A stretch of 64,000 nucleotides of DNA from Acidobacteriota bacterium (GCA_049967655.1 JBMFSH010000005.1:59774-123773); one strand, 5' to 3'. Shown: positions 51,946 through 61,191, counted from the stretch's first letter. Translations and numbers: made by a program. Notes: generated by a model from the sequence alone, not told the origin.

Positions 51946-52267
51946 GACACCCATGAACCCACTTTCCCTTACAATCCGTTCCAACCGCACCCAAAGGAGA
52001 TTTCGAACTTGCGATTTACTTGCAATCTTCCGGGGCGAGAAATCACCGTCGGAGGCCGGGCCGAGTGCCCGGCCTCTTCATTGGGAGAGTCCAATCGCAG
52101 GTAGGGGGACCGGGTACCGATTACCCAAGAGGATTTTACTGCGGTTTGCATTCAGGTTCGGCCAGATGAAAGGTTTTGGCTCGGCCAAATGAAGCCTCCC
52201 TCTGTAAGCTGAGTAAGCCTTGAGTTCAGAATACCATTGGAGCCCCGCGGCATTCTATGGGACCCGC

Positions 52268-52440
52268 TTACCGAGCTTTTCGCATATCTAGAAGAGCCTT
52301 CGCGTTGAAGGCTCGATCTCGTTCGCCCTCGCTCACTTGGACAAGGACCCTCTGTTTCTCCAATCGCTCGAAGGCTCCCTGCGCGGTCGTGCAGGCCACG
52401 TTCAGTGTTCCCGCGGCACCCTTAACCGTAAGGTACTGGA
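52268..52440 (-). pseudogene. Remnant resembling the C-terminal HTH of a Fic family protein
   Basis: YLTVKGAAGTLNVACTTAQGAFERLEKQRVLVQVSEGERDRAFNAKALLD; no N-terminal Fic domain; resemblance recalled, not searched. Confidence 0.5.
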
Positions 52441-52544
52441 CAGGCACTCGCGCGTGGCCAGCGTGGGCGCCCACGCCCGCTCCACCCCGGGCTGGAAGGC
52501 GAAGGCGAAGGCCTACAGCGTTTTGCCCGGCGGCAGGCCGGTGA

Positions 52545-52650
52545 GCTTCAGGTCAAACCCGTGCACCGCCGCTTCACCCCCATGGTCCTCAGGGTACGCA
52601 CGCTCCTCGTACCAGTCCACCTGCCCCTGCACCCCGGGCGGCGTCTCCAC
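52545..52650 (-). pseudogene. IS21-family transposase (IstA) fragment
   Basis: Minus-strand VETPPGVQGQVDW matches the IstA ETxPGxQxQxDW motif; no intact ORF. Confidence 0.55.
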
Positions 52651-52713
52651 ACGCCCGAAAGTGCCCCATGAGACCCCGGGGCACCCTTCGCAACTCCCTA
52701 TTTATCAATGGCT

Positions 52714-52807
<94 letters not shown>

Positions 52808-52826
52808 GCGCTCAGGTGGCAGAGGG

Positions 52827-52855
52827 ATTATAGGAGGGGGCGGGCCGCAAGTCAA
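52827..52855 (-). promoter_or_regulatory. sigma70 promoter of tRNA-Ser
   Basis: TTGACT-17 bp-TATAAT. Confidence 0.85.
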
Positions 52856-52925
52856 CGACGAGGGCCGACGAGGGCCCGGTCGGAAGGAGCGCTGCGAGCG
52901 CCGCGGCCGGGCGCTCGGCGCCGGA

Positions 52926-53039
52926 TCAATGGAAGACCCGCACAAAGCGCACGAGGAGTAACACCAAGAGCAGTACCAGATAAAACCTCAGAAAGTAGAG
53001 CGCGAAGCGCGTCATGGGGGTCATCTTCACGCGGGGCAT
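52926..53039 (-). CDS. 37-aa single-TM small protein at end of the Mg2+/metal transporter operon
   Basis: SD GGAGGT then MPRVKMTPMTRFALYFLRFYLVLLLVLLLVRFVRVFH. Confidence 0.65.
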   Translation of the reverse strand: MPRVKMTPMTRFALYFLRFYLVLLLVLLLVRFVRVFH

Positions 53040-53244
53040 GGGGCTACCTCCACCGCGGGACTGCGCCGCGTGAGGCCGGCGGCCGGAGCCGCACCCGAAG
53101 ACGCGGTCCATGGTCCCAGCCTCCGTTCCTTCCAACCGCACATCCGCATCATGGCAGCGCCTCGCCTTGAGCAACGAGGCCGGCACCGTCTGCCAAGTGC
53201 GGGCTTTCCCATCCGCCTTCCCTGCTCCTGGTTCGCCATGGCCC

Positions 53245-54543
53245 CTACACCTTCACCCGGGTGGTGAGCCCCTTCATGATTTCGTTGTAGCGGACCACGC
53301 CCAGGAGCTGGTCCTGGGCGTCCACTACGGGGATCATGCGGTAGTGGTATTTGGCGAAGAGCTCGGCCAGATCCTCCCGCACGTCGTCCATCTCGGCGGC
53401 CACGACGGGCGCCGTCATGATCTCCTTGAGCGTCTGGTGGTCGGCGGAGAGCAGCAGCTCGCGCAGGTCCACGACGCCCACGAGGGTCCGCCCCGTCTGG
53501 TTCACGACGTAGAGGTAGGAGATGCTCTCGGGCTCGGCACCGGAGCGGCGGAGCCTCTCCAGGGCCTGCCCCACCGTGATGTCGGCCGGGAAGGTGACGA
53601 AATCCTGCGACATGAGGTCGGCGGCGCTGGCCTCCCGTTCGGAGAGAATGGTCCTCAAGCGCTCGGCCTGTTCGGGCGGCAGAAGCTCCATCAGCTCCAC
53701 CATGTCGTCGTGCGGCAGCACCGAGAAGAGGTCGGCCAGCTGCGGCACCGTCATCTCCGAGAGGATGTTCCGGGCCCGCTCCTTGCGCAGGCTGGCGATG
53801 ATCTGCCTCTGGGCGCGCGGCTCAGCCTCGGCGAGCGCCTCGGCGGCCTTCTCCGAGTCGAGGGCCGAGAAGAGCGCCTGCTGCTCCTCGCCGGAGAGCT
53901 CCTCCAGCGCGTCGGCCAGGTCCTCGCCGGGCAGCTCCTTGATCTGCTTGCGCGTGATCGAGAGGGAGACCCGGTCGGTGGTGACGGCGTCCTCCACCGA
54001 GAGGGGCTGGACGAACTTCCATGAGATGAGCTGGTCCTTGATCCACTTGGTTTTCCCCAGCCCCCACTTGCGAAGGAAACCGTTGAAGGAGATGTCCACG
54101 TGAACCACCAGCATCCGGCCCCGCGACTCCAGCAGGTGGACGTCGTTGACCACCTCCGTCCGCCGCCCGTCCATGTCCAGGATGGTCCGCCCCATGAGGT
54201 GCTTGTCCAGCAGGATCCAGCCCGGCTGGTCCACGAAGGGCGGGTAGCGGTCGGCGCCCTCCGCCGGCTTGATGAAGATGGCGTCGTCCTCAATGCGCAG
54301 GACGCGGTCCCAGGGCACGAACTGGGTCGGTTTCCCCCAGCCGTACTCCAGGTAGATCCCCACCGCCTCGGGATAGGGCTCCGTGAGCCGGAAGACGAGG
54401 TCCGTCAGCTTTCCGATGCGGTCCCTGATCTTGCCCGCGCAGACGGGCCGCTTGAGCAGCTCCGAGAAGTAGAGGAACCGGAAGCTGCCCACGCCCGGCG
54501 GCAGGTCAGGCACCTTGGGCGGAGTCTTGGGTACCGCGATCAT
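53245..54543 (-). CDS. PRC-barrel + MgtE intracellular N domain + CBS pair protein (no MgtE TM domain)
   Basis: DLADALEEL, AADLM, YLYVV..LVGVVDLRELL, KYHYRMIPVVD; ATGA overlap with Nramp gene. Confidence 0.87.
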   Translation of the reverse strand: MIAVPKTPPKVPDLPPGVGSFRFLYFSELLKRPVCAGKIRDRIGKLTDLVFRLTEPYPEAVGIYLEYGWGKPTQFVPWDRVLRIEDDAIFIKPAEGADRYPPFVDQPGWILLDKHLMGRTILDMDGRRTEVVNDVHLLESRGRMLVVHVDISFNGFLRKWGLGKTKWIKDQLISWKFVQPLSVEDAVTTDRVSLSITRKQIKELPGEDLADALEELSGEEQQALFSALDSEKAAEALAEAEPRAQRQIIASLRKERARNILSEMTVPQLADLFSVLPHDDMVELMELLPPEQAERLRTILSEREASAADLMSQDFVTFPADITVGQALERLRRSGAEPESISYLYVVNQTGRTLVGVVDLRELLLSADHQTLKEIMTAPVVAAEMDDVREDLAELFAKYHYRMIPVVDAQDQLLGVVRYNEIMKGLTTRVKV

Positions 54544-55871
54544 GGGGACCTCCTGAACAGGGATTCGAGAAAGCCGGGAAAGAGGGTGGAGATAGCGAAG
54601 AGCGTGGACATGAAGGTGACGAATATCACGATGCTCCAGTTCGCGATATTCTCCCACCGCGTATTCACGTGCTCCCCCATGAAGGCTTCGTCGTTCAGGA
54701 TCAGAAGGAGGAAAACGAGCGCCGACGGCAAGAGGGTGACGGCGACCACCTGCACGAACATGGTGATCGTGATGAGCGGTGCGTTGGGAATCAGCACCAC
54801 CGCCCCGGAGGTGAGCAGCATGCCCAGGTAGATCACGTAGAACCAGGGCGCTTCTTTGACGCTCTTGTTGAGCGAGTGGGCCCAGCCGAAGACCTCGCCC
54901 ACGGCCCACGAGGTGGAGAGCGAGATGCAGAGGGCGCCCAGGAAGCCCGCGTCGAAGAGACCGATGGCGAAGAGCGTGCGAGCCAGCCCTCCTTGGCCGG
55001 CGGGCAGCAGGGGGACAAGCGCCTCCGCGGTCTGCTTGGCATCCTCCACGCTGATAGGGGGACGGTGATAGAAGAAGGCCGCCCCCGTCGTGATGATGAT
55101 GAAGGCCGCCACCAGGCAGGTCGATACGGAACCGATGAAGGTCTCCAGCTTGCCGAACTTGATGTCGTGGATGTCCAGCCCCTTGTCCACGACGGCGCTC
55201 TGCTGGAAGAAGATCATCCACGGGGCGATGGTGGTCCCGATGTTGGCCAGGAGCACGAAGATGAGATCCCCCGAGAGACCGCCGGCGAGGTTGGGCACGA
55301 AGAGTCCCTTGAACACCCCGCTCCAGGGAGGCGCGTCCGGCGTCTTCATGGCCCAGAAGGCCGCCGGAATGTAGACCAGATTAAAGGCGCAGAAAAAGAG
55401 GGTGAGCTTCTCGAAGGTCCAGTATTTTCCCGAGAGGACCACCAGAAACAGGATCGCCGTGACGACCACGTAGGTGACCACCGGCGGGATGCCGAACATG
55501 CTCATGGCGGCGATCATCCCGATGTACTCGGTGACCAGGGTGAGCCAGTTCGTGATGGCCAGATCGGAGAGCGAGAACCAGCCCCAGAACGGGCCGAAGC
55601 CCTCGAAGATGGCCTCCGCGTGGCCGCGCTTCGTGACCGCTCCCAATCGGACGGTCATCTCCTGAACGTAGTAGGCCATCGGGATGAGAATGATGAAGAT
55701 CCAGAGAAGGCTGAAGCCGTACTTGGAGCCCGTCACGGCGTAGGTGGAGATACCCCCCGCGTCGTTGTCGGCCACCATGACGATGATGCCCGGCCCGAGG
55801 ACGGCCAGGAAGATGAAAAGCTGCCGCCGGAAGCGGTTCAGCAGGTGGAAGCTCTTGCTGATCCAGTACAT
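54540..55871 (-). CDS. Nramp-family divalent cation transporter (Mg2+-transporter-like clade)
   Basis: GPGIIVMVADNDAGG, QEM.VRLG, GTTIAPW.IFFQQS; 11-12 TMs. Confidence 0.9.
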   Translation of the reverse strand: MYWISKSFHLLNRFRRQLFIFLAVLGPGIIVMVADNDAGGISTYAVTGSKYGFSLLWIFIILIPMAYYVQEMTVRLGAVTKRGHAEAIFEGFGPFWGWFSLSDLAITNWLTLVTEYIGMIAAMSMFGIPPVVTYVVVTAILFLVVLSGKYWTFEKLTLFFCAFNLVYIPAAFWAMKTPDAPPWSGVFKGLFVPNLAGGLSGDLIFVLLANIGTTIAPWMIFFQQSAVVDKGLDIHDIKFGKLETFIGSVSTCLVAAFIIITTGAAFFYHRPPISVEDAKQTAEALVPLLPAGQGGLARTLFAIGLFDAGFLGALCISLSTSWAVGEVFGWAHSLNKSVKEAPWFYVIYLGMLLTSGAVVLIPNAPLITITMFVQVVAVTLLPSALVFLLLILNDEAFMGEHVNTRWENIANWSIVIFVTFMSTLFAISTLFPGFLESLFRRSP

Positions 55872-56309
55872 GGGCCGCCCCCGTCGAGGGTCATGGGCGG
55901 CCTCCCGCCCAGGCCTCGGCCTGGGGCAGGCATTGCAGTTCGGGTGAAGTGTTCTGAACCATGGCGCGACTCCGTTTGCCGACAAGGGGCCCGGAGCCGC
56001 GCCGCAGGGGGGATGATCAGGCGGGGAAAGCCGATGCGGCGGTCAACCAAGGCCCGCTTGCGTGGGGACGGGCGGAAGCCTCTTTTTCTACCGGTCCTGT
56101 TTCTGCGCTACTGGGCGGTTCCATCGGACCTTTCCTGCACAATGACCCTTTCTCCTCCCCCGGGACCATGGGCTCGCACCGGGGAGGCGCCTTCCCATGC
56201 GGCAGTATAGGACATTTCCCCCGTCCGTTCAAGGCGTTGGGAGGATGATGGATGATGGACTAGAGGTGAGGGCGTGGGGGCTGCTGATGACCGCCGGTCC
56301 TTCGCACCC

Positions 56310-56365
56310 CGCTCAAACGCTCAATCGCCTCATTGCTCAATCGCTTCATCGCTCAATCCCTTCAT
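56310..56365. repeat. Seven imperfect tandem 8-mers (CGCTCAAT / CGCTTCAT type)
   Basis: cgctcaaa cgctcaat cgcctcat tgctcaat cgcttcat cgctcaat cccttcat. Confidence 0.8.
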
Positions 56366-56386
56366 TGCTTCTAGCCCCCCGCCCCT

Positions 56387-58060
56387 TTACGCCATCTGCG
56401 CGCGCACCAAGGCCTCGTAGAGGGCCGGCTCGCGGCTGGCCATGAGGCGCGAGGCGGCGGCGAGGAGCACGCCGTAGATCAGCGCGCCGTAGAGGAGCAT
56501 GGCGGGCAGGGCCACCGCCGCGAACAGGGGCGAAGCCACATGGGCCAGGGCCAGCCGGCCGAGGACCACGGGCAGGTCCACCACCAGCACCGCTCCCAGC
56601 ATGGCGAACTGCGCCAACATCACGAGGAATATCTTCCCGCCAGACACCTGCGGCACGAGCCGCCGTCCCCGCGGCGCCACGGGCATGGGCATGAGGAGCG
56701 AGAGCAGGTTGCCCAGCCCGAAGTAGATCATCCCCATGGAGAAGGCCATCACGAGGTCGTCGGCGGCCGCTCCCGGCGTCACACCCCTCCAGACGAAGTA
56801 GCCCTCCACAGCCGCCGTGACGCCCAGGTAGAGGCCCATGAGCAGAAGGTTCTTGCCCGCCAGCAGGCGCCAGCGCGGGGCGGGCGAGCCGATGAGGAGC
56901 AGGAGCCCCTCCCGCTCCACCGCTAGGTGGTTCGTGGAGAGGTGCGAGAAGGAGAGGAGCAGGACGAGCGGAAGGCCCACGTGGAGGAAGGCGCCCCGCC
57001 CGTCGAAGCCGGGGCCCGTGGCGATGAGCACCCAGAGAAACGGATAGAGGAGGATTCCCATGAGCGCCGTTTTCAGGTAGGGGTCCCTCGTCAGGTAGCG
57101 GAAGTCCTTCACGCAGAAGGGCCAGATCGCCAGCCGTTCCAGCGGCCCGGCGGAGATCCTGGCCGCCTCCGGGCGTCCCGTCTGTGCTCGCCGGCCCGTC
57201 TCCGCCGCGCCGCGCTCCATGAGCCGCACGAGCAGCAGGCGGCCCAGCGCCAGGAGTCCGGCGGCCTCCACCAGCGCCGCGGCCAGCCGGAAGGGCACCC
57301 ACCAGCCCGCCCCCACCCACGAGACCGCCGAGAGGCCGGGCAGGAGGAGCAGGACGGGGCCCAGCACGTCCCACGCGCCGGTGAGCCACCTGAGCGCGCC
57401 GCCGAAGGCCAGGCCGCGCACCGAGCGGGTGGCGAGGTAGTTCTGGACGATGAGGAGCGCCACGAAGAGCCCCGTCCCCAGGAGCCCCACGGCCTCCATG
57501 AGCCGGCGAGACCGGCGCAGGTTGAAGAGCAGGAGGTCGCCCGCCGCCAGCACGAGGTGAGCCTGGAGAAGCCAGAGGATCAGCGCGGCGGGCAGGAGCG
57601 CGGCGAAGGCCGCGTGCCCCTCCCCCGCGCAGGCCAGCGCGCTCCCCGCGAAGAAGGCCGCCGGCGGGAGGCTCCACGGCCCGAGCACCCGCGCCGCCGC
57701 GTCCGCCAGGACCATCTCTCCCGCCGCCACCGGCAGGTGGAAGAGGCGGCTCACGTCGAATCCCGAGCCCGCGCCTCCTCCGAAGAGGCCCGGGAAAAGG
57801 AAGAAGGCCAGCAGGCCGGCGCCGCCGATCCAGAGCGCCGGCGCGGGCCCCCAAGCCCGCTGTGCGAAGCTCTCCGTCAGGCCGTAGCCGACGAACCCGG
57901 CGCCCGCCGCCAGGGCCCCCATCACCAGGAGCATCACCCCCATGCCCAGAGCCGCCGCCGTGCCGCGGCCCCGGGCCGAGCGCCACTGGATCAGGAGCTG
58001 GAGCTCGAGCAGTACCCGCAGGCGGTCGGGCCGCCCTCCGCCTTTCACTCCGTCAGCCAC
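56387..58060 (-). CDS. ABC exporter permease (multi-TM)
   Basis: ~12-14 TMs, LFHLPV, KDFRYLTRDP, LAGKN; follows ABC ATPase. Confidence 0.82.
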   Translation of the reverse strand: MADGVKGGGRPDRLRVLLELQLLIQWRSARGRGTAAALGMGVMLLVMGALAAGAGFVGYGLTESFAQRAWGPAPALWIGGAGLLAFFLFPGLFGGGAGSGFDVSRLFHLPVAAGEMVLADAAARVLGPWSLPPAAFFAGSALACAGEGHAAFAALLPAALILWLLQAHLVLAAGDLLLFNLRRSRRLMEAVGLLGTGLFVALLIVQNYLATRSVRGLAFGGALRWLTGAWDVLGPVLLLLPGLSAVSWVGAGWWVPFRLAAALVEAAGLLALGRLLLVRLMERGAAETGRRAQTGRPEAARISAGPLERLAIWPFCVKDFRYLTRDPYLKTALMGILLYPFLWVLIATGPGFDGRGAFLHVGLPLVLLLSFSHLSTNHLAVEREGLLLLIGSPAPRWRLLAGKNLLLMGLYLGVTAAVEGYFVWRGVTPGAAADDLVMAFSMGMIYFGLGNLLSLLMPMPVAPRGRRLVPQVSGGKIFLVMLAQFAMLGAVLVVDLPVVLGRLALAHVASPLFAAVALPAMLLYGALIYGVLLAAASRLMASREPALYEALVRAQMA

Positions 58061-58848
58061 GGGGCGCCCTCCTCCGCCATCGGCTCGCCGACGGCTTTCA
58101 CGAAGAGGTCCTCCAGCGTGGCCGACTCTTCCAGGCCGAAGGCCGACCGCATCTCGTCCAGCGTCCCCACGGCCCGCACGGACCCCTTGTGCAGGATGGC
58201 CACCCGCGTGCAGATGCGCTCCACCAGCTCCATCACGTGAGACGAGAAGAAGATCGTCGTCCCCTCCCTCGTCATCTGGTGCAGGACCTCCTTGATGCCG
58301 CGCACGGCCAGCGGGTCCACCCCCGAGAAGGGCTCGTCCAGAAAGAGCAGGCGCGGCCGGTGGATGAGCGCGCAGCCAAGGGCCGTCTTCTTCTTCATGC
58401 CCGTGGAGTAGTCCACCACCAGCTTGCCGCCGTCCTCCTCCAGCCCCAGCCAGCTCAGCAGGTCCACGGCCCGCCGGCGCGCCGTGGCCGCGTCCAGCCC
58501 GTAGAGGCGACCCGAGAAGACCAGCGACTCGAAGCCCGTGAGCCGTTCGTAGAGCGCCAGCTCCTCGGGCACCAAGCCGATGCGGGCCTTCACCTCCATG
58601 GGGTGCTCGTAGGGGTCCAGCCCGAAGATCCGGATCGTCCCGGAGGTGGGCTTCAGCAGGCCCGCCGCCATCTTGATGGTGGTGGACTTGCCCGCCCCGT
58701 TGGGCCCCAGGAAGCCGAAGAACTCGCCCTCCCCCACCGCGAAGCTCAGCGAGTCCACCGCCGTGAAGTCGCCGAAGGTGCGCGTCAGCTTGTCAAAGCG
58801 CACCACCTCCCCGCCGTTCCCGCTCACCCGCGCCGCCGCCTCGTCCAT
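58045..58848 (-). CDS. ABC transporter ATP-binding protein
   Basis: GPNGAGKST, YSTGMKKK, LDEPFSGVDP, SSH. Confidence 0.95.
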   Translation of the reverse strand: MDEAAARVSGNGGEVVRFDKLTRTFGDFTAVDSLSFAVGEGEFFGFLGPNGAGKSTTIKMAAGLLKPTSGTIRIFGLDPYEHPMEVKARIGLVPEELALYERLTGFESLVFSGRLYGLDAATARRRAVDLLSWLGLEEDGGKLVVDYSTGMKKKTALGCALIHRPRLLFLDEPFSGVDPLAVRGIKEVLHQMTREGTTIFFSSHVMELVERICTRVAILHKGSVRAVGTLDEMRSAFGLEESATLEDLFVKAVGEPMAEEGAPWLTE

Positions 58849-58957
58849 CGCCGCCTCCGGCGCCGTATTGTACCAGAGCCCCTCCCCGTCGCCGCCATCC
58901 CCACGCCGCGCCCCCTACGTTTCCGTCCTTCCCGCCCCACCCTCTCCGCCGTTCCCC

Positions 58958-59042
58958 TCCTTCCCGCGAAAAGCTTGCCCCGGGCCCCGACCCGGGGCGG
59001 GAACCCAGGCCATGACGAGACAATCAGGATTCACCACGGAGA
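58958..59042 (+). repeat. REP-like palindromic unit plus left half of the IS110 target repeat
   Basis: TTCCCGC...GCGGGAA stem with nested CCCCGGG/CCCGGGG hairpin; paralogous to 61690-61749. Confidence 0.7.
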
Positions 59043-59125
59043 TGGAATGAGGAGGCCGGCCTCCACGGGGTCCAGTAGCCTGGCCCCAGTCTTTAGCGGG
59101 CTCGAAGCCCAAGGGAGGACCGGCC

Positions 59126-60187
59126 ATGAAGAAGGGTAGCACGAAGCGGGCTGTGGTTGTGGTGGGGTTGGATCTGGGAGAGCGGAACAGCCAGGTGTGC
59201 GGAGTGGATGCGCAGGGCGACTGGGTGATTGAGCGGCGGATAGGGACGACGAAAGCAGGTTTAGCGTCGATATTCGCGAAGCGACCTCGACTGCGGGTGG
59301 TGTTGGAGGCGGGCGGGCAGGCGCGGTGGGTAGCGGAAGCGGTGGGCGCGATGGGGCACGAGGTGAAGGTGGTGAACCCGCGCAAGATGCGGCGGATCTA
59401 CGAGAACGAGAACAAGAGCGACGTGGTTGACGCGAGGGAGCTGGCGGAGGCGGGGCTGTACCGGTGGGCGAAGCTGCCGGTAGCGTACCTGCGCGGGCAG
59501 CAGGCTCAAGAGAAGCTGGCGGTGCTGAGGTCGCGGGATCTTCTTGTTCAAGGGCGGACGAGCCTTGTGAACCTCGTGCGGTCGCTGCTGAAGCAGGAAG
59601 GGGTCCGCGTGCAGAAGTGCAGCACGGAAGCGTTCCCCCAGCGGGCCGGGGCGCTCGTCCCCGCGGGGCTGCGGGTGGCCGCCGAGCCGGTGCTCCGCAC
59701 CATCATGGAGCTGACGGAGCGGGTGAAGGAGCTGGACCGGTGGATCGAGGCGGAAGCGGAGCACGACTCGGCGGTGCAGAGCGTGCGGCAGATTCGGGGC
59801 GTGGGTCCTGTGACGGGTGCCGCGTTCGTGTGGACCCTCGAAGACCCAGGGAGATTCCGCAAGAGCCGCGCCGTGGGATCGTACCTGGGGCTACGGCCCA
59901 GGCGCGACCAGTCCGGGGAGACGGACAAGCAGATGCCCATCACGAAGGCCGGGAACTCCTATCTGCGGCGGCTCCTCGTGGGATGCGCGCACTACGTCCT
60001 GGGTCCGCACGGCCCGGACACGGCGCTGAGGCGGTGGGGGCTCACCCTCGCCCAGCGCGGGGGCAAGCGGGCCAAACGGAAGGCGGTGGTGGCCGTAGCG
60101 CGCAAGCTAGCCGTCCTTCTCCACCACTTGTGGGCCACCGGAGAGGTCTACGAAGCGTTCCCGGCCGCGAAGAGAGCGGCAGCTTGA
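59126..60187 (+). CDS. IS110 family DEDD recombinase/transposase
   Basis: VGLD, VLE, KSDVVDA (DEDD), GVGPVTG, YLGL.P...QSG (catalytic Ser), ARKLAV; SD GGAGG. Confidence 0.96.
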   Translation: MKKGSTKRAVVVVGLDLGERNSQVCGVDAQGDWVIERRIGTTKAGLASIFAKRPRLRVVLEAGGQARWVAEAVGAMGHEVKVVNPRKMRRIYENENKSDVVDARELAEAGLYRWAKLPVAYLRGQQAQEKLAVLRSRDLLVQGRTSLVNLVRSLLKQEGVRVQKCSTEAFPQRAGALVPAGLRVAAEPVLRTIMELTERVKELDRWIEAEAEHDSAVQSVRQIRGVGPVTGAAFVWTLEDPGRFRKSRAVGSYLGLRPRRDQSGETDKQMPITKAGNSYLRRLLVGCAHYVLGPHGPDTALRRWGLTLAQRGGKRAKRKAVVAVARKLAVLLHHLWATGEVYEAFPAAKRAAA

Positions 60188-60524
60188 ACCCAGGGAACAA
60201 GGACGGAAGGGCAAAGAGGCTGGGCAGGGAAAGATAAGAAAGGAAAGTAACGGACAGTACCATGCGGGATCACCAGCTTCCGAGACGGGACAGGGCGACT
60301 GCGGTTTGTGCCCGGGCGCGGCGGGAACGCGAGCTCCCCTCGACGCCGCCACGGAGATGGCAGCGCCCCCTCCCCATCGCCACCCATCGTGCACGGCCCT
60401 CCATGACTGGGCCCTCAAAAGTGCGGATAGAAGCGTGGAAGACGCTGGTCTCCCCCCCAAAGCGCCAAAACTAAAGTCAGCGGAAAACGGAGCGCCCCTT
60501 GACACGATCGGCCTCCTCATAGAA
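60188..60524 (+). ncRNA. Putative bridge/seek RNA in the IS right non-coding end
   Basis: Contains CCACGGAGATGG (= left junction), CGTGC (reverse complement of right target) and ATAGAAGC (= right junction) with hairpins; transcript ends unknown. Confidence 0.75.
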
Positions 60525-60611
60525 GCACGGAGAACACGGAGAAAGGAGGGAGTCAGGGCACAAATTGTGGCATTCCAAGATCTGGTTCTCGCTTCCCACG
60601 ACGGGGAGCCC

Positions 60612-60644
60612 TACGACTTCGGCTGGCTCTGGAAGGAGCTCGGC
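60612..60644 (+). repeat. Direct repeat copy 1 (gene 3'-end remnant, YDFGWLxxELG)
   Basis: 31/33 identity to 61378-61410. Confidence 0.75.
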
Positions 60645-60746
60645 ATCGACCGCGACAAGGAGATGGGGAAGTGCGGGCCCGCAAGAGGCACGATGCCGCG
60701 GCCGTAGGAGCGCTTTCCAGAGCGCGATGGGTCGGCCCGTGATGTT

Positions 60747-60971
60747 CTATTCGGTTTCGAAGAGTGAGCGCGGCAACCCGGATTGCCGGATGATCGAGGC
60801 GAGGGTTCCCAGCCGAAGCTCGGAGTGATTGGGGACAGGAACCGTGATGGTGGTCTTGTCGGAGCGCTTCTGCATGACGATGTGGCTGCCCTTTCGGCGC
60901 ACCTCCAGGAACCCCTGCCTGGCAAGAAGGGCACAGACCTCCTCCCCGGAAAGGAGGCGGAGCTTACCCAA
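60747..60971 (-). CDS. hicA: HicA family toxin
   Basis: GF..VRRKGSH, VPNH.EL..GTL.SI; TTG start overlapping hicB end. Confidence 0.92.
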   Translation of the reverse strand: MGKLRLLSGEEVCALLARQGFLEVRRKGSHIVMQKRSDKTTITVPVPNHSELRLGTLASIIRQSGLPRSLFETE

Positions 60972-61191
60972 GAGCCACCTCGAGCTGCGTGACGTACACT
61001 TCCTGGTGCAGCCTGCCTTCGACCTCTGCCGGATCGGCTTCCTCAAAGAACAACTCCAAAGCCTCTTTCAGATTGGCCTTCGCCTCTTCCACGGTGGCGC
61101 CCTGGCTGGCGATGTCCAGCTCAGGGCACAGGGCAAAGTAGCCCTCGCCTTCCCGCTCGATGATCGCCGTGAGCTGATGGGTCTGTCTCAT
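60964..61191 (-). CDS. hicB: HicB family antitoxin (short, no DNA-binding domain)
   Basis: YFALCPELDIASQGATVEEAKANLKEALEL; SD GGAGG. Confidence 0.92.
   Translation of the reverse strand: MRQTHQLTAIIEREGEGYFALCPELDIASQGATVEEAKANLKEALELFFEEADPAEVEGRLHQEVYVTQLEVALG

Larger units (their letters stand above)
59043..60524 (+). mobile_element. IS110 family, IS1111-type insertion sequence (1482 bp, no target duplication)
   Basis: Perfect 12-bp sub-terminal IRs ATGAGGAGGCCG (59047-58) / CGGCCTCCTCAT (60509-20); removal restores the paralogous empty site at 61739-72; 1-nt boundary ambiguity. Confidence 0.9.

Noticed and set aside
53027..53239. 70-aa ORF between the CBS gene and the small peptide
   Set aside because: Arg/Gly/Ala-rich composition typical of spurious high-GC frames; no motif
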